Sequence record: KY555144.1
Length of the DNA: 64,000 bases
Strand: one strand, 5' to 3'
The translations under genes and the position numbers were made by a program. This document shows positions 8,180 through 16,763 of the stretch, in pieces. How positions within the stretch are numbered: position 1 is the first letter of the stretch; every line of letters begins with the position of its first letter. The notes under the pieces are model-generated. The model made no database searches and had not been told where the DNA came from. It saw only the letters and a program-made list of their open reading frames with translations.

Positions 8180-8604
8180 CAGCCCTCGGCGGCCGGCGCT
8201 TCCGGCTCAGCGGTGGTCTTGCCCTTGCCCCTGCTCGCCGGCGCGGCCTGGGCTTCTTCCGCCGCCGGCTCGGCGATGGGCGCGGGGGCTTCCACCACCG
8301 GTTCGGCGTCCGCAGCCGCCTCGACCGGCGTGTAGTCGGCCTCGAACGCGGCCGGCTTCAGGATGGCGATCTCGTAGGTGTCCTCGCCGCGCGGGATGCG
8401 GACGATGTAGTCGTCCTGGGTCGCCGAGGCGATCTGGCCGTTGATCGGGACCAGGAGCTTGCCGACGGCGTCCTTGCCGACGTGCATGGTCCCCATGGCG
8501 GTGTAGCCCGAGTGCTGGGTCAGCCACGCCGGCAGGTCTTCCAGGCGCTGGAAGCTGTACTGGACGGCGTCCACGGTCACCGGTTGGCGGATATACTGGG
8601 TCAT
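8179..8604 (-). CDS. hypothetical phage protein with Ala/Pro/Glu-rich tail
   Basis: PVTVDAVQY...A..DDYIV...KP..FE..Y pattern common in phage proteins. Confidence 0.8.
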   Translation of the reverse strand: MTQYIRQPVTVDAVQYSFQRLEDLPAWLTQHSGYTAMGTMHVGKDAVGKLLVPINGQIASATQDDYIVRIPRGEDTYEIAILKPAAFEADYTPVEAAADAEPVVEAPAPIAEPAAEEAQAAPASRGKGKTTAEPEAPAAEG

Positions 8605-9203
8605 GCGGTCTCCTGCTGGAGGTTAGCCGGCGCCGGGATGGCGTCGGAAAGGGCTTGCTCGACCAGGACCAGGATGTCCATGACGAGCTTGGGATTGAGG
8701 TCGGGCTCGGTGAGCGCGGCGGCCAGGGCGTTGATCCGGAACCACGTCGGGTCGGCGTGCGGGATCAGATTGAGATTGTGCAGGTGCAGCAGCGTCGAGC
8801 CGTGGGAGGCGGTCCGCTCCGAAAGCTCGCGCAGCACGCGGGCGCCGGCGAGTTGGTCGGCCAGGACCTTGATCACGCTGCCCGAGGGAGCCAGGAGCAG
8901 GCGCATCCAGTCGCCGTTCGGATCGTCGGCTTGGCGCAGGTCCGGATGGTCCAGCGTCTTGCCCCAGATCACCTCATGCGCCTTGGCGGCCAGCGAACGG
9001 CGGCGGCGGGCGAGGTCTTCGGCGTCCTTGGCGGCGCGCAGGCTGGAAAGCGTCGTGGCGATCAACACCGAGGGAAAGAGCGCGACGACGAAGAACGCGG
9101 CGCGCTCAAGCGGCGAGGCGTGCGAAGCCACGATATTCATGGCCGTGCCGATCAGCACCGTCGGATAGATCAAGCCGCCGTGGCGCTGGATGAACGAGAT
9201 CAT
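8601..9203 (-). CDS. hypothetical protein with two N-terminal hydrophobic segments
   Basis: First gene after the 9204-9277 promoter cassette; SD GGAGG. Confidence 0.78.
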   Translation of the reverse strand: MISFIQRHGGLIYPTVLIGTAMNIVASHASPLERAAFFVVALFPSVLIATTLSSLRAAKDAEDLARRRRSLAAKAHEVIWGKTLDHPDLRQADDPNGDWMRLLLAPSGSVIKVLADQLAGARVLRELSERTASHGSTLLHLHNLNLIPHADPTWFRINALAAALTEPDLNPKLVMDILVLVEQALSDAIPAPANLQQETA

Positions 9204-9277
9204 GAAAAGGGCCTCCGGCGTTGTCGTCGAAGGCCCTTCTAGCGAGTCGGTGTCAGGCTGTCAACACATGTCAGCCA
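9204..9277 (-). promoter_or_regulatory. family promoter cassette with SD-occluding hairpin
   Basis: TGGCT-N5-GTG-TTGACA-17-TAGAAG-GGCCTTC-GACGACAAC-GCC-GGAGGCCCTTTT-CATG. Confidence 0.88.
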
Positions 9278-9280
9278 AGA

Positions 9281-9892
9281 TCAGGCGGCGTTCGTCACCA
9301 GGGTTTCCAGGCGATCAAAGCCCAGGTCGAGGCGGCCCCACATCGACGAGGGCGTATGCGGCTTGACCACCTCGGTGAACCGCGCGCGCTCCTTCAGATA
9401 CATGCGGGCCATGGGGATGTTCGGCTGGCCGGTCGCCGGGTCCTTGATCGAGGCCTCGACATTGGCGATCCGGTCGGCGAGCTTGAGGATGCAGGCCTTG
9501 GGGTGCTCGCCCAGCTTGCGATAGATGTCCTCGTTGCGGGCCTTGCGGTTGGGGCCGATGCCCGAGACCGCCCAGACTAGCGCCGCGACGTCCTCGCCGA
9601 ACTTTTCCTTGAGCATCTCCAGCCGCTGCTCGGGCGTCATGTCGAGATGGGTGTCCTCGATCACGTCGTGCAGCTTGGCGGCGGCCGTCCAGGTAAAGCC
9701 CAGGAAGCCGTAGTCATCGAGGATGCGCTCGACCTTCTGGAGATGGTAGAGATAGGGCTGGCCGGCGTACTGCTGGTCCCCGTGAGCGGCGATGGCGAAC
9801 TCCGTCGGGTCTTCCTGGCGCAGCGGCGCGCCCGGCGCCGTCGGGAGGCCGGTCAGGATGGAGGCGAGTTGGTCGAGCGAGGCGTCAGACAT
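9281..9892 (-). CDS. HD-domain hydrolase, small alarmone hydrolase/Mesh1-like
   Basis: AH..Q...G.PY..H, LHDVIEDT, FG..VA.LV, LKLADRIAN motifs; no synthetase domain. Confidence 0.85.
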   Translation of the reverse strand: MSDASLDQLASILTGLPTAPGAPLRQEDPTEFAIAAHGDQQYAGQPYLYHLQKVERILDDYGFLGFTWTAAAKLHDVIEDTHLDMTPEQRLEMLKEKFGEDVAALVWAVSGIGPNRKARNEDIYRKLGEHPKACILKLADRIANVEASIKDPATGQPNIPMARMYLKERARFTEVVKPHTPSSMWGRLDLGFDRLETLVTNAA

Positions 9893-10298
9893 GGGGCTTC
9901 TCGGAGATCGGGGTGAAGACTTCCAGGCCGTCGACGATCTGCATCAGATGCGTCGGCGGGTGGGCGGGATTGTAGCGGATGTAGCCGGCGAGGCCGCCGT
10001 CGATCATCGCCCCGCCCCGCTCCTTGTAGTCGTGCCGGAAGCGCGAGACCAGGAACGAACCGTCGGGCATCTCGATCGCCGAGAACTGGGCCTGTCGGAT
10101 CGAGGCCGCCGAGGTGATGTAGAGCCCGCCGCCCAGCGGATGGGTGAAGAGCCCGAAGTAGTTATCGTGGCCTTTCTCGCGGTCCGGCGTCTCGGTGTAG
10201 AAGACGTGGAACGGCCCCTCACGATCGGGGAGGTCGTAATAGCCGACGTACTTGGCGTTGTAGTGCTTTTCGGCCCCGGAGATGTTGATGCTGCTCAT
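9885..10298 (-). CDS. conserved phage hypothetical protein
   Basis: SRFRHDY...MIDGG motif; ATG 10298 overlaps the HNH stop. Confidence 0.8.
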   Translation of the reverse strand: MSSINISGAEKHYNAKYVGYYDLPDREGPFHVFYTETPDREKGHDNYFGLFTHPLGGGLYITSAASIRQAQFSAIEMPDGSFLVSRFRHDYKERGGAMIDGGLAGYIRYNPAHPPTHLMQIVDGLEVFTPISEKPHV

Positions 10299-10798
10299 GC
10301 GACCCTCAGGAATTCTCCCCAGGCGGGGAGGGCGTGCTTCAGATAGGCGGCGTGCGCCTCGTCCGGCGTCGTGTAGCACCCGAGATAGCGGTACACCCCG
10401 TTGATCGTGACCTGGGCCTGGAACGGCTTCGTCTTGCTCCGGCTCTTGGTCACACCCTTGGGAAGCGCGCCGACGTTCGGGCGGTTCACGAGGTTCTGGG
10501 ACCGCGTCGCCTTCCGGAGGTTCTTGATCCGATTGTTGCGCCGGTTCAAGTCCTTGTGGTCGACGTCGTGATCGGGCATCACCCCGTGATGGATCGCCCA
10601 GGCCACCTTGTGGGCGGCGATTTGAATTCGCCGGCCGCCATAGGAGACCTTCATCACTCGATAGCCGTCCTTGGTCACCGAGCCGCAGCGCTTGCGGGAC
10701 TTGGAGCCCCGCACGGTGATGGCGCCGGTGGCGGGATCGTACTTGTAGCGCGCCCGGAGGAAGTCGACCGGGATCGAAAACTCTGCATCCCCCGACAT
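10295..10798 (-). CDS. HNH homing endonuclease with AP2-like C-terminus
   Basis: AHKVAW...VDHKDLNRRNNRIKNLR..T..QN; FQAQV..NG..RYLG.Y.T..EAH.AY. Confidence 0.9.
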   Translation of the reverse strand: MSGDAEFSIPVDFLRARYKYDPATGAITVRGSKSRKRCGSVTKDGYRVMKVSYGGRRIQIAAHKVAWAIHHGVMPDHDVDHKDLNRRNNRIKNLRKATRSQNLVNRPNVGALPKGVTKSRSKTKPFQAQVTINGVYRYLGCYTTPDEAHAAYLKHALPAWGEFLRVA

Positions 10799-10802
10799 AG
10801 GA

Positions 10803-11042
10803 TTAGTCCTTCTGGGCGTGCCGCTTGAAGAGGAGGTAGAAGCCGTAGGCGACGAGCACCGGAATCCAGAGCAGGATCAGGGCCACGGTCTGACCGAGGG
10901 TCATGAAGAAGAACGCGGTCTTCCAGTCGTTGTTGTACCGGTTGTCGCGCACCGCATGGACTTTCGGATAGTCGATCGCATAGCGGTAGCCGGCGCGCGC
11001 GAGGCCCAGAAGCAGGCCGATGATGAAGTAGAGATCGGTCAT
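10803..11042 (-). CDS. small membrane protein
   Basis: Two hydrophobic segments. Confidence 0.75.
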   Translation of the reverse strand: MTDLYFIIGLLLGLARAGYRYAIDYPKVHAVRDNRYNNDWKTAFFFMTLGQTVALILLWIPVLVAYGFYLLFKRHAQKD

Positions 11043-11045
11043 GGC

Positions 11046-11312
11046 TTACTTCTCCGAGGCCTCGATCATCTTCTGGGCGCCGGCGTTCAGCTTCTTGCGC
11101 AGGAGCCAGAAGACCGGAATCCAGAACAGGGCGAACAGGCTGGCGGGCCAGAGGGCGCCGAGGGCCAGACCGGTGATGAAGACGAACCAGCCGTAGATGC
11201 CGAATTCGTCGAGGGTCCTGACCCCCATCTCGCGGACGAAGGTCGGGACGATGGTCGCGCCGGCGACCCACCATCCGATGGCCAGGAAAAGGCCGACGAG
11301 CCAGTAGAACAT
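11046..11312 (-). CDS. small membrane protein
   Basis: Two to three hydrophobic, Trp/Phe-rich segments. Confidence 0.75.
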   Translation of the reverse strand: MFYWLVGLFLAIGWWVAGATIVPTFVREMGVRTLDEFGIYGWFVFITGLALGALWPASLFALFWIPVFWLLRKKLNAGAQKMIEASEK

Positions 11313-11614
11313 CAGGGTTGTTCCTTCTCAAGACCCACGTCGGGGTCGTATTTCAGGATGACGCCGTCCTCGTTCCGGTGCTCCATCAGCGGGAACCCCG
11401 AGACGAACTGCGGCACGAAGAGGTCGCGGCGCGGCTGCTGGAGCCAGATCAGGCCGGTCTCGGCGACCACCGCGCGCTCGGCCGGGGTAAGCTCCCAGCA
11501 GGAGATCACGCCCTCGGGGCCGGTGTAGGTGTGGAGCGGCGCGACCGTGTCCTCGTTCCCCGGAGCGGGGTTCCAGACCTTGTTGGCGCCGGCGAAGTTA
11601 CGAGGGACGGCCAT
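11312..11614 (-). CDS. hypothetical protein
   Basis: L.TY...VISCWELTP.ER...TG.IWL motif; coupled stop/start. Confidence 0.8.
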   Translation of the reverse strand: MAVPRNFAGANKVWNPAPGNEDTVAPLHTYTGPEGVISCWELTPAERAVVAETGLIWLQQPRRDLFVPQFVSGFPLMEHRNEDGVILKYDPDVGLEKEQP

Positions 11615-11849
11615 CGGCGTTCTTGCCCTTGTTGACGAAATACCAGATCGCCAGGGCGATCAGGAAGCCGGGGACGCCCAGCGGCCATGCGATGGCCATG
11701 CCCAGCGCGGTGAAGAAGCCCAGCGCCACCGCGCCCGCCGCGTCGGCGAGCTTCAGGACCCCGGTGCGGCTTTCGTGCTTGATCGTCCAGATGGTCGCGA
11801 TAAGGCCGCTGACCACGCCCAGGATGATCGAGAAGATGATGTAATTCAA
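11598..11849 (-). CDS. small membrane protein
   Basis: TTG start overlapping the upstream TGA; strongly hydrophobic. Confidence 0.7.
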   Translation of the reverse strand: MNYIIFSIILGVVSGLIATIWTIKHESRTGVLKLADAAGAVALGFFTALGMAIAWPLGVPGFLIALAIWYFVNKGKNADGRPS

Positions 11850-12229
11850 AGCAGACCCGCCGCCTGCTTGGCGGCCTCCTTGGCGCGGACCTTGTCGGGA
11901 GACAGGCTCTTCACGCGGTTGATCTCGTCGGCCTCGCAGCCGTCGGCGCTGATGCCGAGATTTTCGCAGAGGGTGTAGAGCGACAGCAGCAGGCCGCCGA
12001 CCTCTTCCTTGACTTCGCCGACCGGGCGGCTGTAGGTCCAGTGCGCCTGCCGGATCACGTCCTCCAGGCTCAGGCCCTGGGTCTGGACGAGTTCCATGCA
12101 CTCCTCCAGGGTGCGGAAGGCCTGGATGCGTCGGTTGAAGACGCGGCCCGTCAGGACCTCCTCGACCCACTTCCAGCACCACGTCTGGCGCTTTGCCCGG
12201 TGCTCATGACAGGCGTCGACCTCGGTCAC
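11846..12229 (-). CDS. MazG-like NTP pyrophosphohydrolase domain protein
   Basis: R.LEE..ELVQ and EEVGGLLLSL..LC acidic helices; GTG start overlapping the upstream TGA. Confidence 0.65.
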   Translation of the reverse strand: MTEVDACHEHRAKRQTWCWKWVEEVLTGRVFNRRIQAFRTLEECMELVQTQGLSLEDVIRQAHWTYSRPVGEVKEEVGGLLLSLYTLCENLGISADGCEADEINRVKSLSPDKVRAKEAAKQAAGLL

Positions 12230-12372
12230 GATTTTCTCCAGTCGAACAGCGCCCAGAAGGCTTGGCGGGTGTCCCTGGTCCAGGACCAGGGACGGATCGC
12301 CAGGATGGAAAGGACGAGGGCGGCGGCGAGATAGATCAGCGCCGCCCGCGCCACGATGTCGAGGAATCCCAT
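12226..12372 (-). CDS. small membrane protein (48 aa, not in ORF track)
   Basis: MGFLDIVARAALIYLAAALVLSILAIRPWSWTRDTRQAFWALFDWRKS fills the gap exactly. Confidence 0.7.
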   Translation of the reverse strand: MGFLDIVARAALIYLAAALVLSILAIRPWSWTRDTRQAFWALFDWRKS

Positions 12373-12375
12373 GGC

Positions 12376-13608
12376 CTAGCCCTTCACGCAGAGGACTTGC
12401 TTGAGGGTGTGGACGATGTCCACGAGGTCCTTCTGGGCCTCCATGACCGCGTCGATGTCCTTGTAGGCCATCGGGATTTCGTCGATCACGCCAGCGTCCT
12501 TGCGGCACTCCACGCCCTCGGTGGCCTTGATCTGGTCCTCCAGGGTGAAGGTCGCCTTGGCCTGGGTCCGCGACATCGTCCGGCCCGCGCCGTGCGAGCA
12601 CGAGCAGAACGAGTCCGCATTGCCCTTGCCGCGCACGATGTAGGACTTGGCCCCCATCGAGCCGGGGATGATCCCGAACTGGTCCTTCTGCGCCGACACC
12701 GCGCCCTTGCGGGTCACGAAGACCCACTCGTCGAAGTGGAACTCCTTCTGGACGTAGTTGTGGTGGCAGTTCACCGCTTCCTTGTCCGTCTTGAACGGCG
12801 GCAGGCCCGACGCCCGCATGGCCTCCAGGACCCGGACCATCATCATCTCGCGGTTGATCCGCGCGAAGTCCTGGCCCCAGGCGACGGCTTCCACGTAGTC
12901 GTGGAACTCCGGCTCGCCTTCGCAGAGCCAAGCAAGGTCCTTGTCCAGCGGCTTGCGCCCGTCACGGCGCAGCATCATCTCCTTGGCCTTCTCGATGAAG
13001 ATGCGGCCGATGGTGTTGCCGACGCCGCGCGAGCCCGAGTGGAGCATCACCCAGACGCGCTGATCCTCGTCGAGGCAGACCTCGATGAAGTGGTTGCCGC
13101 CGCCCAGGGTGCCCAGTTGGACCACGCTGTTGGCGTTCTTCAGCGCCGGGTACTTCTCGCAGAGCTTGTCGAACCGCGCCTCCAGGCCCGAATCGACCCA
13201 CTTGCGCAGGATCGAGTTGGGGATGCCGCTGCGCCCGTTCCAGCCGCCCGACGGACCCGGCCCGCCGTGCGGGACGGCGTGCTCGATCAGCGAGCGAAGC
13301 TTGGACAGGCTGTCGGGGAGGTCCGACGCGGTCAGGCTGGTGCGGACCGCCATCATGCCGCAGCCGATGTCGACGCCGACGGCGGCCGGGATGATCGCGC
13401 CCTTGGTCGGGATCACCGAGCCCACGGTCGAGCCGATGCCCATGTGGACATCCGGCATCAGGGCGACATGCGAGTGAATGAAGGGCAGGGCCGCGAGGTT
13501 GTGGGCCTGGACCTGAGCCGGTTGCTCGAAGTTCACGCCGCGAACCCAGGCCTTGATCACGCCGCCATTCCAGCCGTTGATCTCTTCGTAATGGGTCTCG
13601 GCGGACAC
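12376..13608 (-). CDS. rtcB: RtcB RNA ligase
   Basis: MPDVH.G.G..VG, GVDIGCGM, QLGTLGGGNHFIE, HSGSRG, HHNY, RKGA, PGSMG, SCSHGAGR, DE.P.AYKDI. Confidence 0.97.
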   Translation of the reverse strand: MSAETHYEEINGWNGGVIKAWVRGVNFEQPAQVQAHNLAALPFIHSHVALMPDVHMGIGSTVGSVIPTKGAIIPAAVGVDIGCGMMAVRTSLTASDLPDSLSKLRSLIEHAVPHGGPGPSGGWNGRSGIPNSILRKWVDSGLEARFDKLCEKYPALKNANSVVQLGTLGGGNHFIEVCLDEDQRVWVMLHSGSRGVGNTIGRIFIEKAKEMMLRRDGRKPLDKDLAWLCEGEPEFHDYVEAVAWGQDFARINREMMMVRVLEAMRASGLPPFKTDKEAVNCHHNYVQKEFHFDEWVFVTRKGAVSAQKDQFGIIPGSMGAKSYIVRGKGNADSFCSCSHGAGRTMSRTQAKATFTLEDQIKATEGVECRKDAGVIDEIPMAYKDIDAVMEAQKDLVDIVHTLKQVLCVKG

Positions 13609-13674
13609 GGCGGGCTCCTTCTGTGGTGTCGTGATTTACGACTTTTGACCATGCTCCTCGGACGGTGTCAACAC
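13609..13674 (-). promoter_or_regulatory. family promoter cassette (rtcB)
   Basis: GTG-TTGACA (13671-13666), 18 nt, CAAAAG, then ACGACAC and GAAGGAG SD. Confidence 0.65.
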
Positions 13675-13851
13675 TTCTTCAACGGCGGTGATCTGAATTT
13701 GCAGCAGACTGGCCGCCGGGTGGCTGGGCGGAAGAAGGGCCTCGGCCTGTTTCATGGCGTCCAGGGTGTCTTCCAGCGCGGCGCGGAAGGTGTTGCGCTG
13801 CTCGGTGGTGGCGCGGACGGCGGAGGGAAATTCGAAGATCATGGGGATCAC
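13636..13851 (-). CDS. hypothetical protein
   Basis: Fills the gap between a terminator and the rtcB promoter and reads through that promoter; no clear SD. Confidence 0.45.
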   Translation of the reverse strand: MIPMIFEFPSAVRATTEQRNTFRAALEDTLDAMKQAEALLPPSHPAASLLQIQITAVEEVLTPSEEHGQKS

Positions 13852-13867
13852 CTTGAAGGGGTACGCT

Positions 13868-13906
13868 AAAACGAAAAACGCCGGCGAGGATGGCTCGCCG
13901 GCGTTT
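13868..13906 (-). terminator. intrinsic terminator after the SPFH gene
   Basis: 13-bp stem AAACGCCGGCGAG/CTCGCCGGCGTTT followed by TTCGTTTT on the minus strand. Confidence 0.88.
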
Positions 13907-13937
13907 CCTAGTCCAGGGCGGGGCTAGAGCCGCCGCC

Positions 13938-14768
13938 TTACTTCACGTTGATGAACGGGATCGCGCCGCCGGTGGTGTTCGGCAGGTGGCCATCCCACTT
14001 CTCGATCGCCTTGAGTTCGACGATCTGCGGCGAGGCCGAGATCGACGCGGCCAGCAGACGGTTCGATTCGGCTTGACCACGGGCCTGCTCGATCGCGGCG
14101 TTGGCTTCGGCCTTGGCGACCTCGACGCGGGCGGTGGCCGCCACGGTGTCGGCGTCGGCCTTGGTCTTGGCCTGGATCGAATCGAGGATCACCTGCGGGT
14201 AGCGGATGTTGCCGATCCAGTCGAGTTGACTGATCGTCACCCCGTCCCTGGCCCACTTCTTCTGCACGCCGGCGAGCGCCCGCTGGATCACCTGCTGGCG
14301 TCCGCCCTTGTACAGGAACTCGACCGACACCAGTTCGGTCTCGCGGGCGATCGCCGAGCGGACGTCGTTGCGGATCGGACCTTCGAACAGTTGGTCGAAC
14401 GACAGCCGGTACTTCTTGTAGAGCGCCGGCGCCGCCGCCGGGTCGACACGCATGACGAGTTGGACGTCGGCGGTCATCGGCAGGGCGTTGTTGTCCGAGA
14501 ACGTGACTTCCTCGTTCTCGGCGCCGCGCTCGTCGGCGTCGCGGGTGTAGGTGTAGGTGCGCTGGATCGCCGGGTAGTCGACGATCTTCTCGCCCAGGCC
14601 GTTGAAGTGCATGCCCGAGGCCAGCGGCGTCGGATCGACGCCCGAGCCGCCCATGGTGCGAATCTTCACGCCGACATTGCCCGGCTCGACGGTATGGAAA
14701 CCGCAGGCCGACATGGTCGCCGCCATGCCCATCAGGGCGACGGCGGTCAGGAAGGACTTAATCTTCAA
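13938..14768 (-). CDS. SPFH/band 7 (prohibitin-like) lipoprotein
   Basis: Lipobox MSAC; VEPGNVGV, F.D...L....DV, coiled coil AKAEANAAIE.A.G.AE, AIEKWDG.LP. Confidence 0.9.
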   Translation of the reverse strand: MKIKSFLTAVALMGMAATMSACGFHTVEPGNVGVKIRTMGGSGVDPTPLASGMHFNGLGEKIVDYPAIQRTYTYTRDADERGAENEEVTFSDNNALPMTADVQLVMRVDPAAAPALYKKYRLSFDQLFEGPIRNDVRSAIARETELVSVEFLYKGGRQQVIQRALAGVQKKWARDGVTISQLDWIGNIRYPQVILDSIQAKTKADADTVAATARVEVAKAEANAAIEQARGQAESNRLLAASISASPQIVELKAIEKWDGHLPNTTGGAIPFINVK

Positions 14769-15108
14769 GGGGTTGCTCCTTGCTTTGTTTCGGGGATTTG
14801 TGGAACGCTTTTGCGATGTCGCCAGCCAGCTTCATCGCGAACATCACGACCGTTGGCAGGCCCACGAACAGGACCGCGAAGGCCGCGAACGAGGCGCCGA
14901 GGAAGTGGGCTTCGGTGAGGGTCCAGGCAAAGCCCATGATGACCAGCGCGCCGGCCATGATCACGAGCATCGGATAGACCGAGAGGCGGTAGAAGAGCCC
15001 CGGAAGGCGCTTGTCCTTGAGGGCCGCGCCGGGACCGCCCAAGGCGTTCACCAGGAAGAAGACCATCAGGATCAGATAGATCGGGAAGAGCGGAAGGAAG
15101 AGCCTCAT
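14758..15108 (-). CDS. membrane protein
   Basis: Three to four hydrophobic segments; coupled to the SPFH gene. Confidence 0.8.
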   Translation of the reverse strand: MRLFLPLFPIYLILMVFFLVNALGGPGAALKDKRLPGLFYRLSVYPMLVIMAGALVIMGFAWTLTEAHFLGASFAAFAVLFVGLPTVVMFAMKLAGDIAKAFHKSPKQSKEQPLED

Positions 15109-15848
15109 TGATCACGTCCTTTCAGGAGCTTTTTGGCTCGGCCCAGCAGGTCGGCCATGAACTCCTCGCCCAGGTCGGGACTGACCTGCTGGTGGAGGCG
15201 TTGATCGACCGTCCGCAGGGCGGCGTAGAGTTCGCGCAGCATGGCCGTCTTTTGCTCGGTCGCGATGGCGGTCTGTTCCTCGATCGCCTCGACGATCGCG
15301 GTGACGAGAACTTCCTGGCGCACGCGCCAGCAGCCGTCGTCGCCGGCGTAGAACCAAGTCGAGATGATGTTGTCGGCGCGGCTGTTGTCGGCGATCTTGC
15401 GGGCGGCGTGGTCGGGGCCGTCATCGCGGCCGAGCACCGTGCCCAGGGCCAGGGCCGCCTCGATGTCCCTGAACCGGTTGGCGACCATGGGGAACCACGA
15501 CTCGCGGTCCTTGAAGTCGTCGCGGGCGTTCTGGATGATCTGGAGGATCAGGGCCACGCGCTTGTCCGAGATCGGCCGGTCCTCGACCAGCCGGCGGGAC
15601 GCCCACTTGACGCGTTCGAGTGGCGTGACCACCACCGGCGCGCCGGCGTTGAGCAGCAGCTTGGCGACCTCGTTCTCGTAGGACTCGTACTCGCGGCAGC
15701 GCGCTTCGAGGCGGCGGATCGTGGCGCGGTCCTCGATCGCCTGCTTGGTCATGTCGTCCATGGCCTCGGCGGCTTCCCGAAGTTGCTCCTCCAGGGCCGC
15801 CACGCGCTGAACGACGCCGAGCGCCAGAGTTTCGGTCGCGTCAGGCAT
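15105..15848 (-). CDS. hypothetical coiled-coil protein
   Basis: MPDATETL...; ATG overlaps the upstream TGA. Confidence 0.8.
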   Translation of the reverse strand: MPDATETLALGVVQRVAALEEQLREAAEAMDDMTKQAIEDRATIRRLEARCREYESYENEVAKLLLNAGAPVVVTPLERVKWASRRLVEDRPISDKRVALILQIIQNARDDFKDRESWFPMVANRFRDIEAALALGTVLGRDDGPDHAARKIADNSRADNIISTWFYAGDDGCWRVRQEVLVTAIVEAIEEQTAIATEQKTAMLRELYAALRTVDQRLHQQVSPDLGEEFMADLLGRAKKLLKGRDQ

Positions 15849-16135
15849 CAGGTCGCGAGCCCGCGCTGCTTCAAGGCGACGATCTGCTCGATCTCCTTGA
15901 GGATGTGGTCCGACAGGCGGTCGGTCCGTTCCTTGATGCCGGCCGGGACGCCGATCTTGCACTGACCGATCTCGTGCAGGCGGTCGGAGACGGCCTTCAG
16001 GTCGATCAGGGTGTCGCTGATCAGCACCTCGGCGAGGCCCACGGCCTCGGTCTGGATGGCGGCGATCCGCTGGGCGGTGGTCTGCGCCGATTGGCCAGCG
16101 ACGAGGGCCAGGGCGGCGGTGTTCTTCTGGGTCAT
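15848..16135 (-). CDS. hypothetical helical protein
   Basis: First gene after a promoter cassette; SD AAGGAG. Confidence 0.85.
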   Translation of the reverse strand: MTQKNTAALALVAGQSAQTTAQRIAAIQTEAVGLAEVLISDTLIDLKAVSDRLHEIGQCKIGVPAGIKERTDRLSDHILKEIEQIVALKQRGLAT

Positions 16136-16196
16136 GGGGTCTCCTTCGTTGTCGTCGGGCGTGACTTCTAGTTGGGTTCCTGGAGGCTGTCAACAC
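16136..16196 (-). promoter_or_regulatory. family promoter cassette
   Basis: GTG-TTGACA (16193-16188), 17 nt, TAGAAG, 8 nt, GACGACAAC-GAAGGAG. Confidence 0.88.
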
Positions 16197-16458
16197 TTTC
16201 GCTCACCGGCGCGGCGCCGTAGTGCGCGACCAGGACAAGCCGGGCGCCGCAGGCGACCAGCGCGCCGCGCGCGTCGTAGATCAGCCGCCCGGCCTCCTCG
16301 CCGTTCTTGTCCAGGATGATGGCCTCCCTGACGTAGGTCGGCTTGCCGCTCTTGCCCCGCTGGATGCGGATCGGGGGATCATCCGTGCCGCGCTTGGTGT
16401 TGCGATCGATGACCTGTCGGTTGATGTTGAGGACGCAGGTCGTGCGGGTGATCTTCAT
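16168..16458 (-). CDS. conserved phage hypothetical protein
   Basis: NINRQVI..N.K.G..DPPI...ACGARL motif; its stop is the TAG of the downstream -10 box. Confidence 0.8.
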   Translation of the reverse strand: MKITRTTCVLNINRQVIDRNTKRGTDDPPIRIQRGKSGKPTYVREAIILDKNGEEAGRLIYDARGALVACGARLVLVAHYGAAPVSESVDSLQEPN

Positions 16459-16763
16459 TTGGCGGCGGCCTCCATCCTGAGGGTGATGATTATCTGGCGC
16501 AGGCGCTCATTCTCGCTCCGCAGCCGTTCGAGAGGATCGGTGATCGCCCGGCCGCGCGCGTCGATCAGGGCCTTCTCCTCGGGCGAGCGCCACTGGTAGC
16601 CGTGATAGAGGGCGCTCAGCAGGTTGACCTTGCCGCTGCCGGCGACGATCTTGCCCCGCGCCTTGAGCCATTCCGCCGCCGCCGCCTCATGCAGGAGCCA
16701 GGGCGTGGGATGCAGGGGAAGCAGGCGCGCCGGGATCGGCGCGCCATGGTGGTCCAGGATCAA
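16455..16763 (-). CDS. hypothetical protein
   Basis: Coupled ORF, 102 aa. Confidence 0.72.
   Translation of the reverse strand: MILDHHGAPIPARLLPLHPTPWLLHEAAAAEWLKARGKIVAGSGKVNLLSALYHGYQWRSPEEKALIDARGRAITDPLERLRSENERLRQIIITLRMEAAAK

Noticed and set aside
11846-12931. 361-aa ORF overlapping rtcB, and other extended track ORFs (3148-3966, 15105-16196, 28009-28680, 42988-43794, 55816-56607)
   Set aside because: The N-terminal extensions are out-of-frame reads of upstream genes; real starts were placed at SD-supported or stop-overlapping codons.
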